A DNA stretch of 37,485 bases from a virus (lineage: Duplodnaviria; Caudoviricetes), in IMG/VR virus record IMGVR_UViG_3300037419_000329, positions 1-37,485 of that record. One strand, written 5' to 3'. Made by a program: the position numbers and the translations under genes. Each line of letters opens with the position of its first letter. Within the stretch, counting starts at the first letter, position 1. The notes under the pieces are model-generated. The model was given only the letters and a program-made list of their open reading frames with translations, did no database searches and was not told the origin of the DNA. Below, one piece after another: positions 27,248 through 35,680 of this stretch.

Positions 27248-27276
27248 TTTATAAGGCTTCCAGCAGATTTTGGCAA
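27248..27276 (-). promoter_or_regulatory. Sigma70 promoter aimed at the tRNA 5' half
   Basis: TTGCCA-17 bp-TATAAA ending 8 nt before tRNA position 1. Confidence 0.7.
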
Positions 27277-27313
27277 CTCATCGTGCTCCGCAAACGAGAG
27301 GCTGCTCCGCAAA

Positions 27314-28342
27314 TCACTTCACCGGGACCACGATTTTACCACGACGCAAGTAGTGCTTCCGAGTCGTCTTGACACTGTCGTGACCCAGCAGATCGCTTGC
27401 TGCTTGCTCGCCACGCTCGGCCGATGTGTCGTCTGCCGCCTTCGCTCGCAGGTCGTAGAACCAAAATTCCTTGATGGCCTTGGCAAGTTCCGGATGCTTC
27501 TCGGCGGCAGCCTCCTTTGCCTTGGTGAAGTGGTCGCGCAGGATCTGCTTGGTCATCGGCTGACCGTCACGGACCATCAAAATCTGCGAATGCACGGTCT
27601 TGTGGCTGGCTTTGCGCACCTGAATGCGGGCGATGAGGTCCTCCAGTTGGCCGACGATGGCGATCCGCAGGCGCTTGCCCGTCTTGCCCTGGGCGACCGC
27701 CAGTGTCCCATCCTCGATGTCGTCCATCCGCGCCTTCAATGCGTCGCCCGGCCGCTGGCCGGTCAGGTACGAGAACTCCAGCGCTTCGCGAAGCGGCTCG
27801 CTCGCGCATGCGCGCACTGCGTCGAATACCTCGTCCGTCACGTAGACCTCGCGTTTCTTCAGCGCGTGCCCCATGATGCCAACGCACGGATTCTCAGCAT
27901 CGGTGTAACCCCATCCGCGTGCGTGGTTCCAGAGGGTCGAGAATAGGCGCTTGCAGCGATTGGCCGTCGTCGGCTTGTCCCGATGCTTTTCAAGAAACTC
28001 GCGAATCGTGACAGGCCTGATCTGGTCTAAGGTTGCCCCGCCGAAGTCGTGACGCAAGTGCTTCATGTCCGAGGCATGCGTACGTTGCGTGCTGGTCGCC
28101 AATGTCGGGAGAACCTCAACTTCGTATTTGGTTATGACGTCACCGAAGGTTGGCGCCGCGACCTTGGCAATCTCGTGCAGCTCGGCATACTTGCGCAGGG
28201 CGACGATGTAGTCATCGCCCAACGGGACTTCCCTGCGAGGTTTTTCGCCTGTGTCCAAGTAGTAAAATGTCCGCCCGCTGCGCTGCACGCGCTTACGCAT
28301 GTGCGGGGGTAAGTTAGTATTCTTTGTCGGTCTGCGGCCCAT
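27314..28342 (-). CDS. int: Tyrosine integrase
   Basis: TGQRPGD (R), QGKTG (K), YDLR (HxxR variant), LLGH, HY catalytic motifs. Confidence 0.95.
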   Translation of the reverse strand: MGRRPTKNTNLPPHMRKRVQRSGRTFYYLDTGEKPRREVPLGDDYIVALRKYAELHEIAKVAAPTFGDVITKYEVEVLPTLATSTQRTHASDMKHLRHDFGGATLDQIRPVTIREFLEKHRDKPTTANRCKRLFSTLWNHARGWGYTDAENPCVGIMGHALKKREVYVTDEVFDAVRACASEPLREALEFSYLTGQRPGDALKARMDDIEDGTLAVAQGKTGKRLRIAIVGQLEDLIARIQVRKASHKTVHSQILMVRDGQPMTKQILRDHFTKAKEAAAEKHPELAKAIKEFWFYDLRAKAADDTSAERGEQAASDLLGHDSVKTTRKHYLRRGKIVVPVK

Positions 28343-28345
28343 TCT

Positions 28346-28543
28346 TTACTTTGGTATCTGCCAAGTTGGCTTTGGAGATGGAGCCTGCTTGCGCCCCTCA
28401 ATCGCTGATGCCGGAACCACTGGTTTACCGACCGCATTCACATGGAACGGCAATCCCATCCGGCGCAGCGCCTCAATCTGCTTTGATTTAATCCTGCGGC
28501 CGGTTAGTTCGGCCAGTTCATCCGCTGTCAAAAACATAGCCAT
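28346..28543 (-). CDS. xis: Excisionase-like protein (DUF4224-type)
   Basis: MFLTADELAELTG...Q...L...G.P....G.P.V immediately upstream of int. Confidence 0.8.
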   Translation of the reverse strand: MAMFLTADELAELTGRRIKSKQIEALRRMGLPFHVNAVGKPVVPASAIEGRKQAPSPKPTWQIPK

Positions 28544-28551
28544 AATCCACC

Positions 28552-28848
28552 TCAATAGCGAGTACCAGCAATACGACGAGTATTGTAAGAAGGCGGTGGT
28601 AAGCTGTTTGGATCCTTATCTTCGTTTGGTAGCTTTGTAGATTCCTCAACTACTTTTGGAGACTGCAGAAATGGAATATCCGGCGTCTCCCCCCTCAGCG
28701 CCGCATAGGCCAATTGCACCTTTGCCGATGCGATGATCTTTCCGGCCGTGTTGTTGATCTCAACTGCGTCCTTGGCCTCCATCGTTCCATCGCGCAGCTT
28801 GTTGAAGACGTTGACGAGGTCGTTGCGAATGTCGGTGATGGTGGTCAT
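28552..28848 (-). CDS. Hypothetical phage protein
   Basis: ATGA-coupled; A..INN.AGKII.SAKVQL motif. Confidence 0.7.
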   Translation of the reverse strand: MTTITDIRNDLVNVFNKLRDGTMEAKDAVEINNTAGKIIASAKVQLAYAALRGETPDIPFLQSPKVVEESTKLPNEDKDPNSLPPPSYNTRRIAGTRY

Positions 28849-29264
28849 TTTTTCCCCTTTATTAATCTCGATATTGCTATCTGCACTTTCAGTGTCTCCA
28901 CAAGAACGCTCGGTATTGCCGACCTGGGCGCGCCCGTGCTTAGCGCAATCAAATTCTTGACATAGAAATCACATAGCTGATCCCGACGGCGCTGATAATA
29001 TTGTTTCAACCCATCTTTACGCTTTTGATATGATTCCGCCAAAATTTCACGCCTCTTTTCAGGATTGGACTTATTCCATTTTTGCCTGTATGCCCTGCAC
29101 TTTTCTCGGTTCCTAGCTTTCCATGCCTTACAAGTTTCCGAGTGACATGATTTGCATTGATTCTCTCGACCAGATTTATTCTTTTTGTTTAAATAAAAAT
29201 TATCCAATGCTTTTTCGATCCGGCACTTCGTGCATGTCTTAGTGATAGACGTATTCGATTCCAT
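28845..29264 (-). CDS. AT-rich basic Zn-finger protein (HNH-associated N-domain, no obvious nuclease motif)
   Basis: KTCTKC..EK...FY......G....CKSC; Lys/Arg-rich. Confidence 0.7.
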   Translation of the reverse strand: MESNTSITKTCTKCRIEKALDNFYLNKKNKSGRENQCKSCHSETCKAWKARNREKCRAYRQKWNKSNPEKRREILAESYQKRKDGLKQYYQRRRDQLCDFYVKNLIALSTGAPRSAIPSVLVETLKVQIAISRLIKGKK

Positions 29265-29439
29265 CATCATCCTCAGCTTCAAACATACAATTACGCAGAT
29301 TCTCGATTACCTCGGCCAATCTCTCCGCAGAAATCGGAGGATCTGTAAAATCGAAGTGGGTGATACCGTTTTCGCCGGCTTCTTCCAGTTTTTCCAGAAC
29401 CATACGCTCGATGGTTCCTTTCTTCGGTATTGCACTCAT
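29239..29439 (-). CDS. Hypothetical acidic protein
   Basis: ORF in the operon direction. Confidence 0.5.
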   Translation of the reverse strand: MSAIPKKGTIERMVLEKLEEAGENGITHFDFTDPPISAERLAEVIENLRNCMFEAEDDDGIEYVYH

Positions 29440-29451
29440 CTCACATATCCC

Positions 29452-29646
29452 CTATTCCATCCCACCATCCAGATACCGACGCCGCTCCACTGGCGGCACA
29501 GCCTCGCCAACGCCAGGGCGGACCACTCCTGGCACCGCCGGCTGTGCTCCCACACGCCGCTCATAGTTCGGCCGGCGCCGGTCATTGGTTGGGCTGCTGA
29601 AGTACGACGACACGCCTCGTCGTCGGTCTGCTTTACGTTCGATCAT
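29452..29646 (-). CDS. Arg-rich hypothetical protein
   Basis: AAGGAG RBS; ERR/DRR repeats. Confidence 0.5.
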   Translation of the reverse strand: MIERKADRRRGVSSYFSSPTNDRRRPNYERRVGAQPAVPGVVRPGVGEAVPPVERRRYLDGGME

Positions 29647-29776
29647 CCTTCACTCCTTTCTCAGTAGCTGGCCAGGTGCATCGGCTCAGCGAATGGTGCC
29701 CACCGCATCGCGTACATTCAACGTGGGGCGTCACCGACATCTCCCACACCAGCCGCATCATCGTCATTAGCCACAT
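29633..29776 (-). CDS. Small Zn-knuckle-like protein
   Basis: AAGGAG RBS; CTRCGGHHSLSRC. Confidence 0.5.
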   Translation of the reverse strand: MWLMTMMRLVWEMSVTPHVECTRCGGHHSLSRCTWPATEKGVKDDRT

Positions 29777-30069
29777 GATTGCTCCTTGGTGGGAGAAGGA
29801 GCGGCGCCAACCATCCGGCGATAGGCAGATGCGCATCCAGGGTCCATACCGTGCGCAACCATAACGTCTGTCGGCTCGATCGGCACCAGCTTCCAGCCGG
29901 CTGGCACAGCCATGCGAGCGCCCCATGCGTCGATGTGGGCGACGAGAGCGGCGCGGCAGGAGCCGTATATCACCTCCTTTTCGGTGCCCATTACGACTTC
30001 GATCAGGTTGCCTAGCAAGCGGCTAAATTCCGGCGTATCGATACTCTTCTGTTTCAGTTCATCCGACAT
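29767..30069 (-). CDS. Ea-region hypothetical protein
   Basis: AAGGAG RBS; VPAGWKLVPIEPT motif. Confidence 0.65.
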   Translation of the reverse strand: MSDELKQKSIDTPEFSRLLGNLIEVVMGTEKEVIYGSCRAALVAHIDAWGARMAVPAGWKLVPIEPTDVMVAHGMDPGCASAYRRMVGAAPSPTKEQSCG

Positions 30070-30760
30070 CGTTCGCTCCTTGCTGGGATGCTTGCTGCGG
30101 TGCGCTGGGGAGTGGCATCCAATGCGTGATATCCTCGAACTCGTGGTCATCCCAACTGGGACCGATCGGCAGCGTGGCCGAACTCCAACTGACGGGGCTT
30201 TCGTGCCGCTCCATCCAGCGCTCGACCGCCACGTGATCACCAATCCAGGCCAGCACTACGTCGCCATCAGGCGGCAGGCGATCGGTCACGCTGATCCATC
30301 CCATCCCCACGTTAGGGGCGCTCTGGAGAGCAAGCTGAGCGCGGAGGTCGTCAACCTGATAAGCCAATTCCCGGCACTGCTCGACCATCATGTTGTGGAC
30401 GCGCTCATGCAGGGCAACGGCCTCGCGCTGTGCTTGGCGGACCTGCTCGGCGGTGTAGAGCGCCTCAGCATCGCCGTAAGCTGGGATCTCAGCAGGCGGC
30501 AGGCCGTCCTCGCCCACGGCAGGAGAGACGGGCCATGCCGAGATCCGCGCAAGTGCTTCGTTCGCGGTGTCGTGCATCAGGCCGTGCAGCCGGTCGCGGT
30601 CTTCGCCTTCCAGTGCACCTCCGAGATGGCGGAACAGAGAATGGTCGATGATGCAGTCGAGAACAGCGTACGGCATGCGCTTAACGCGCGGCATACCTTC
30701 TGGACCGTTCTCGTATTCGTCCGGCGCAGCGCGCTCGGCTTGGTTGTGGTCGTTGGTCAT
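30059..30760 (-). CDS. DUF551/Eaa-like protein
   Basis: WISVTDRLP...ITHWMPLPSAP. Confidence 0.8.
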   Translation of the reverse strand: MTNDHNQAERAAPDEYENGPEGMPRVKRMPYAVLDCIIDHSLFRHLGGALEGEDRDRLHGLMHDTANEALARISAWPVSPAVGEDGLPPAEIPAYGDAEALYTAEQVRQAQREAVALHERVHNMMVEQCRELAYQVDDLRAQLALQSAPNVGMGWISVTDRLPPDGDVVLAWIGDHVAVERWMERHESPVSWSSATLPIGPSWDDHEFEDITHWMPLPSAPQQASQQGANDVG

Positions 30761-31005
30761 GGTGCCACCTTAAAATTTTCATCGTTGAACTCGTGAACCC
30801 AGCGGCAAGCCGATTCGATCTTGGCACCGTGGATGTCGTTTGCAGGCGCGCGTTCCTCGGTCAGCGGCTGGACGTACAGCCAGGGGCCGCCACGTGCGGT
30901 GAACAGGACGCTGGCCCGGCTTCGCACCACCTCCCAGCGCTCGCCGTGCTGCTTGACGATCTGCTTTGCACGCTTCGTCAGGGGGATGAGAGACACGATC
31001 CTCAT
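30757..31005 (-). CDS. Hypothetical protein
   Basis: GGAGG RBS, ATGA coupling, MRIVSLIPLTKRAKQ. Confidence 0.6.
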   Translation of the reverse strand: MRIVSLIPLTKRAKQIVKQHGERWEVVRSRASVLFTARGGPWLYVQPLTEERAPANDIHGAKIESACRWVHEFNDENFKVAP

Positions 31006-31178
31006 TCCTTCCCTCCAGTGTTGTGAGATGCCGCCTGGGCTGCGCGGCCCGAAGGCTTCATGATTCTCAGGCGCAGCCGCCATGCTGCGATGTACAGCGC
31101 GTCATGATTGCGGAACATGAGCTTCCAGTCTGCACGCGGCGCGAACCAGATGCCGTTTTCTTTCGATTTTCCAAACAT
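31002..31178 (-). CDS. Hypothetical 58-aa protein (below the ORF track cutoff)
   Basis: MFGKSKENGIWFAPRADWKLMFRNHDALYIAAWRLRLRIMKP..., coupled at both ends; AGGAGG RBS. Confidence 0.55.
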   Translation of the reverse strand: MFGKSKENGIWFAPRADWKLMFRNHDALYIAAWRLRLRIMKPSGRAAQAASHNTGGKE

Positions 31179-32485
31179 CACGCGCCCTCCTGACCTGCCG
31201 TACCCTTGGCGGCGTCGATCCGCTGCATGCGCGCGTCAAAGTCGTCCATCGTGCGGAAGAACAGGCGGCCGCCCTTCGTGCTGCGGTACACGCGCATGTC
31301 GCCGAGCTTGGACATTGCTCCCGCGCCAGTCGCGGTTCCGATCAACTCGTATTCGCCGCCCTTGCCGATGCAGGTGTACAGCACGCGCGCATCTCGCTCC
31401 TTTTCCGCAGATGGGGAAGGAGCGGCGACGACCATCGCACGATAGCTGGCGTTGTACATGTGCGCGCCCGGCGTATCGTGGCCGGCCTGCTGCATTTCGA
31501 GCGTCGGCTCGATCGGCACCAGCTTGTAGCCGGCAGGCGCCCCGGCCTGTTGGGCGAGGGCTGCGCGTTCGTTCAGCGCGTCGGCGATGAATTTGGCCTT
31601 GTCGGGCGATGCTGTGGTAGCGAGAAACCCACCATCGGCGTACATCACACAGCCCGTATCGTGTTGCTTGCCGTCCACGCTGCACCAGCGATAGGGCGTC
31701 CGCTCATCCGCCAGAGGTTGGCAGACAGCGCCCGCAGCTTGTCCGGTAAGCGCGGGAGGTTGGGATGCGGCTGTTCTACGTGGCGGGATCGGCAAGCCGT
31801 CGTCCTGCATTTCTAGGCACTCTCGGGCGTCTTCTGCGCTCTGGCAGCCGACCAAATCCGCCCATACGCGCACCAATGTGATGTCGGCATCGGGGTTGTG
31901 AGCGTACAGTTCGCGGATGTAAGCAGCGATGTCGCCGAACGGGTTTTTGATCTCTGGCGCCATACCAGGACGACGCATGATGCAGATGGAAAGGCCAAGC
32001 CCATCGTCCAACTCATCTTGGGTCGGAGCAGGACATCCCGCCCAATGCCCTTTATCTCCTCCGCAGAACGGGCAGGCAGCGGCTGTTCCGTCGCTCCCGC
32101 TGGCCGGCGAGGTCCAGAAAGGAACTGGCGCATTCTCGGCGCAGCAGGCCAGCGCGGTGTCGACATCACGGAAAGCCACCGACGTCAGTTCGCCTTTCAC
32201 GTAGGCGGCGGCGATCCAGCCATCGGGTTTGCATTGCTCGCTCCCGCTGGTAGAGCGGCGGGCAAGCTGGATCAGCTGGAGCACGGTGGCCGGCGGCAGG
32301 CCGTCGAGATATCGAGCCACAACGTCGACTGACTCACGGTCAAGCGAAAAGGTGCCTACCGTGATTTCGCCCCGATGGTTCACGTACGGCTGGAAAGTGT
32401 CTGGCAGATCGGCGGCCGCGCGTGCCAGTGCTTCCAGCTTGGTAAGATCCAGGGCGATGCCGGCGGTGTTAGTGGTCTGGTTCAT
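31178..32485 (-). CDS. Mosaic Ead/Ea22-like protein with a C-terminal DUF1653-like domain
   Basis: LDLTKLEALARAA...PATVLQLI, CPFCGG, KLVPIEPT, KGGEYELIG...VYRS...R..DF. Confidence 0.7.
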   Translation of the reverse strand: MNQTTNTAGIALDLTKLEALARAAADLPDTFQPYVNHRGEITVGTFSLDRESVDVVARYLDGLPPATVLQLIQLARRSTSGSEQCKPDGWIAAAYVKGELTSVAFRDVDTALACCAENAPVPFWTSPASGSDGTAAACPFCGGDKGHWAGCPAPTQDELDDGLGLSICIMRRPGMAPEIKNPFGDIAAYIRELYAHNPDADITLVRVWADLVGCQSAEDARECLEMQDDGLPIPPRRTAASQPPALTGQAAGAVCQPLADERTPYRWCSVDGKQHDTGCVMYADGGFLATTASPDKAKFIADALNERAALAQQAGAPAGYKLVPIEPTLEMQQAGHDTPGAHMYNASYRAMVVAAPSPSAEKERDARVLYTCIGKGGEYELIGTATGAGAMSKLGDMRVYRSTKGGRLFFRTMDDFDARMQRIDAAKGTAGQEGA

Positions 32486-33507
32486 TCGTCATCCTTGAGT
32501 TGTTGTGCGCTGGCCAGCAGATCAAGCTGTGGCGACTCTTGCCCGTAATTGACGCCGACAGCGTCGAGCACGCGACCCATCTTCAGGTCTTCGATGCAGT
32601 ACTTCCACTGCTTCGGGTGCGTCTCTTTCATCCGCTCGAAGCGGTTCTTACCTTCCTCGAGGTGAACACCGAAGCCACAAAACATGCAGCCAGTACGCGT
32701 TTCGCCCATGTCGTAAATCTCGGAATACGGGATATTTCGAGTGCGGATGTACTCCCAGACGTCTGCCTCGGTCCAGAACAGCATCGGCGCGCTTGATGGG
32801 TCTTGGGTGTCGTAGATGTTGCAATGCTCGCGCTTCTCGCGCAGGCCGCCTTCCGCTGCCGTAATTCCCATCATTCGCTTCCTGCCCGTTTGTTTGGCAT
32901 AGGTATCGAGCGGCTCCTTCTTCAGCGCATCGCAGCAAAGCTCAGTCGCGTTCCAGTCTTCTTTAAGCAGCGTTCGCCACTTGTTGGGAAGCTTGCTCGC
33001 CGCAGCGCCTTGCGTTCCGTCCTGCTTCATACCCGTGTCGTACAAGCGGTACGTGTTAGCCCAAGCGGGATCGTCCTGTTTCGTCTTGAGGATGCGAAGC
33101 TGTCGGGCCACCTTCTTGCTGACAACCGGGTATCCTTCAGTCAGGACCACATCTCGGAAAGTACGCTTCGGACGGATGATGTCGATCGTGCTGTTTGGGT
33201 GGCGCGCCTTTACCCTCTTTACGTGGGCAACGATTTCCGGATATTCCAGACCTGTGTTACTGAAGGCCATTGGCACGTCCGGATACAACGACCAGATCAG
33301 GTCGCGCAAGACCTCGGAGTCCTTCCCGCCGCTATACGCACCGTAGACGTCTCCGTCCCAGAACTCGTACCAGTCTTTAATCCTGGCCAGCGTCATTTGG
33401 ACCTTTGCTTCGAGGGGCAAGCATTGACGCTGAAGTAACGTGGCCTTTGCCGAAAGAGCGGCCTTAGACTGGAGTGCTTCGGTATCGTCGCCGAACAAAT
33501 CAATCAT
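32482..33507 (-). CDS. PAPS-reductase-family (PP-loop, Fe-S) protein
   Basis: YSGGKDS, NTGLEYPE, CCDALKKEP, RTGCMFC. Confidence 0.88.
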   Translation of the reverse strand: MIDLFGDDTEALQSKAALSAKATLLQRQCLPLEAKVQMTLARIKDWYEFWDGDVYGAYSGGKDSEVLRDLIWSLYPDVPMAFSNTGLEYPEIVAHVKRVKARHPNSTIDIIRPKRTFRDVVLTEGYPVVSKKVARQLRILKTKQDDPAWANTYRLYDTGMKQDGTQGAAASKLPNKWRTLLKEDWNATELCCDALKKEPLDTYAKQTGRKRMMGITAAEGGLREKREHCNIYDTQDPSSAPMLFWTEADVWEYIRTRNIPYSEIYDMGETRTGCMFCGFGVHLEEGKNRFERMKETHPKQWKYCIEDLKMGRVLDAVGVNYGQESPQLDLLASAQQLKDDE

Positions 33508-34534
33508 CGCTCGCCCCGCCTTTCTCTCCTTCGGAGATTGCTTGGCGCTTCATGGAACGAATGGCAGCGGCGATCCGTTGGCCGGCAGCAGCGCTCGCCT
33601 TCATTGGCACTGTCGGAGGGCCGAGCAAGTCTCGCGGGACAGTGGTCAGCTTGACCGCCACGTTCGCTGCATCTTCCAGCGCCTGATTGCGCGCATGTTC
33701 CGCCCGGCCATCAGCATCGCCGGCTGCTGCCGCCCACTTCTGAGACAGGGCAGCGCATTCCGCGAGTTGGGCCTCCAGAGTGGAGATACGCTCGTCCTGC
33801 TCGGGCGCAGCGGGTGCTGCTGCGATGGGAGCGGCGCCCGGTGCTTTCCCGCTCCAACGAGAATCGGCGGTAGGCTTGACGAAGCTGCCGCTCCACCCGT
33901 GCTGCTTCCCACATTCACATACCGGCTGGCGGCTGTCGCTGGTATGCAGCGTGTTGGGATCGAGCGAGTAGCGGCCGCAGTACGCGCAGCGCGCTATCGC
34001 GCCTTCGTCATGGAAGTGCGTCGCCCGGATGCCATTCACCGGCTCCGTCTTCACATGCTCCGGTGATGCTGGAGCGGCCTGGGTATCGGTGCGCTCGCCG
34101 ATGAACATCGTTGCTCCTTCATCGGTTGGCTGACATTCGATCCATGGCCCGAACGTGCTGGCTTTACGGAACCAGGTTTTAGGTTGCTCTTTCTGTTCTA
34201 CCGCAGTAGAGGCGAGAAGACGCTCGACGTCGGCGAACGATATCCATTCGCCTTTCGGGTTAGACACCATTCCCGGGATGCCGATGTTGTCGCTCAAGTC
34301 GTAGCGGCTCAGCTCTTCGAGGCTCGTAATGCCGCCATGCGCGGCACGCGCCGTGCTCGACTCTGCCGGGAACTCTTTGCCAGCTACGTGCAAGATGCCG
34401 GCTAGCGTTCCGACCGCGACATAGTTTGTCTCGTCGAGCGGCAGAAATACCGCGCCGGTTTGGCTGCGGTCGAGCAGGTCTTGGCCAGCGGTGCGGATCA
34501 CGTTAGTCAGGCTTTGGAATTCTTGTGTGCTCAT
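33500..34534 (-). CDS. Mosaic hypothetical protein
   Basis: Long coupled ORF; CAYC...CECG; RNQALEDAA motif. Confidence 0.65.
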   Translation of the reverse strand: MSTQEFQSLTNVIRTAGQDLLDRSQTGAVFLPLDETNYVAVGTLAGILHVAGKEFPAESSTARAAHGGITSLEELSRYDLSDNIGIPGMVSNPKGEWISFADVERLLASTAVEQKEQPKTWFRKASTFGPWIECQPTDEGATMFIGERTDTQAAPASPEHVKTEPVNGIRATHFHDEGAIARCAYCGRYSLDPNTLHTSDSRQPVCECGKQHGWSGSFVKPTADSRWSGKAPGAAPIAAAPAAPEQDERISTLEAQLAECAALSQKWAAAAGDADGRAEHARNQALEDAANVAVKLTTVPRDLLGPPTVPMKASAAAGQRIAAAIRSMKRQAISEGEKGGASDD

Positions 34535-34544
34535 GTTGTCTCTT

Positions 34545-35006
34545 TCAGATGAAGCCCATCAGGCGATCGATAACCGCGTCGAGGTCGTCGCGGGTGTAGT
34601 TGGTCAGGATGCGCTGCAGGATCACATTGCATGCCGCGTTGTAAAGCTCAGAAAATTCGTCTTCGTCCATGTTCGCGAAGCTGATCGACTTGGCCGTCAG
34701 ACGCGTCTCGCCCTTGAGGTTCACGGCCATTTCGTAGTGGCCGGCTAGGATCGTGATATCGCGTCTGAACTGGTCGAAGTTCTTGCCGACACGCTGGCCC
34801 TTGTACGTGGCCTCCACCGGCTCCCAGGCGTCGAAGGCCAGATTCAGCAGGGCCATAAATTTTCGATGAAAGCGTGGGTTGCGGTGCCGCTTCACGGTCG
34901 CCGTTACACCCGCTCCGATTTTCAGTTTTGCGATGTACTCAGCCGCTTGCGGATCGACGGGAACCAGCGCGCCGCCTGGGGCTTTGGTCAAGACCAGTTC
35001 TTTCAT
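34545..35006 (-). CDS. DUF1367-family protein
   Basis: RNPRFHRKFMALL...F..FR....I.AG.Y...KSISFANMDEDEF..LY. Confidence 0.8.
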   Translation of the reverse strand: MKELVLTKAPGGALVPVDPQAAEYIAKLKIGAGVTATVKRHRNPRFHRKFMALLNLAFDAWEPVEATYKGQRVGKNFDQFRRDITILAGHYEMAVNLKGETRLTAKSISFANMDEDEFSELYNAACNVILQRILTNYTRDDLDAVIDRLMGFI

Positions 35007-35680
35007 GCTGCCTCCCGCATCAGCTCGCGGCCCACAGCGCTGCGTAACACGGTCTCGTACCTGCTCACCAGCTTGTCGAACTCAGCCAGCTTCTCGACCA
35101 TCGCATCGATAAACGAGTCATCACGGTAGATGCGCTTGATGAACAGATCCTTGCCGACAATCGCGAGGTCCGGGACATACATGATGAAATCGGTCCACTT
35201 CCGGCCCGTGATCCACATGCCGCCTTGCATCTGATGGTCGTACTCGGACGTGTCGCCGGTCTGCCACATCGCCAGGATCTTGCTGCTGTCGATCGGAGCC
35301 TTGATCTCGATGAGGCCGTCTTCGTCGACCAGCCCATCGCTCGAGTAGCCGAAGATTCCATCATCGGTCAGGCAGATACCGGCCTCGGTGACGAAGGAAC
35401 GCGTGCGCGCTTCATAGATCATCCGGGCCTGCGCTTCCATTTCGTGCCCACGTTCGAGAATCCATGCTTTGGGCGGCTCCCCATGCGGTTGGCCGCTTAC
35501 TCGCTCGATAGCCAAGTCCGCAGCGTATCGCTCAGCTACCGCGGTCGGGTCGCCCGGATTGCGCGTGCCAGACTTCTTTTGGCAGCAGCTGATGGCGTCG
35601 GCGAAGCAGCTTGCAGTGACTTTCCCTGCTCGGGCTGCGTGCCACTCTGGAGTACCTTGGGCGCAGGTAATGAACTTCAT
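35003..35680 (-). CDS. YqaJ/lambda-exonuclease-family recombination nuclease
   Basis: QGTPEWHAAR.G..TAS, RGHEME..AR, SSDGL, IEIK, Q.Q..MW. Confidence 0.9.
   Translation of the reverse strand: MKFITCAQGTPEWHAARAGKVTASCFADAISCCQKKSGTRNPGDPTAVAERYAADLAIERVSGQPHGEPPKAWILERGHEMEAQARMIYEARTRSFVTEAGICLTDDGIFGYSSDGLVDEDGLIEIKAPIDSSKILAMWQTGDTSEYDHQMQGGMWITGRKWTDFIMYVPDLAIVGKDLFIKRIYRDDSFIDAMVEKLAEFDKLVSRYETVLRSAVGRELMREAA

Larger units (their letters stand above)
27083..27313. other. attP: attP with four arm-type integrase sites
   Basis: TGCTCCGCAAA at 27083, 27284 and 27303 and an inverted copy at 27145, flanking a tRNA-derived core next to int. Confidence 0.85.

Noticed and set aside
29912-30796. 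294-aa plus-strand ORF
   Set aside because: Overlaps well-supported minus-strand DUF551 and neighbouring genes; no motifs
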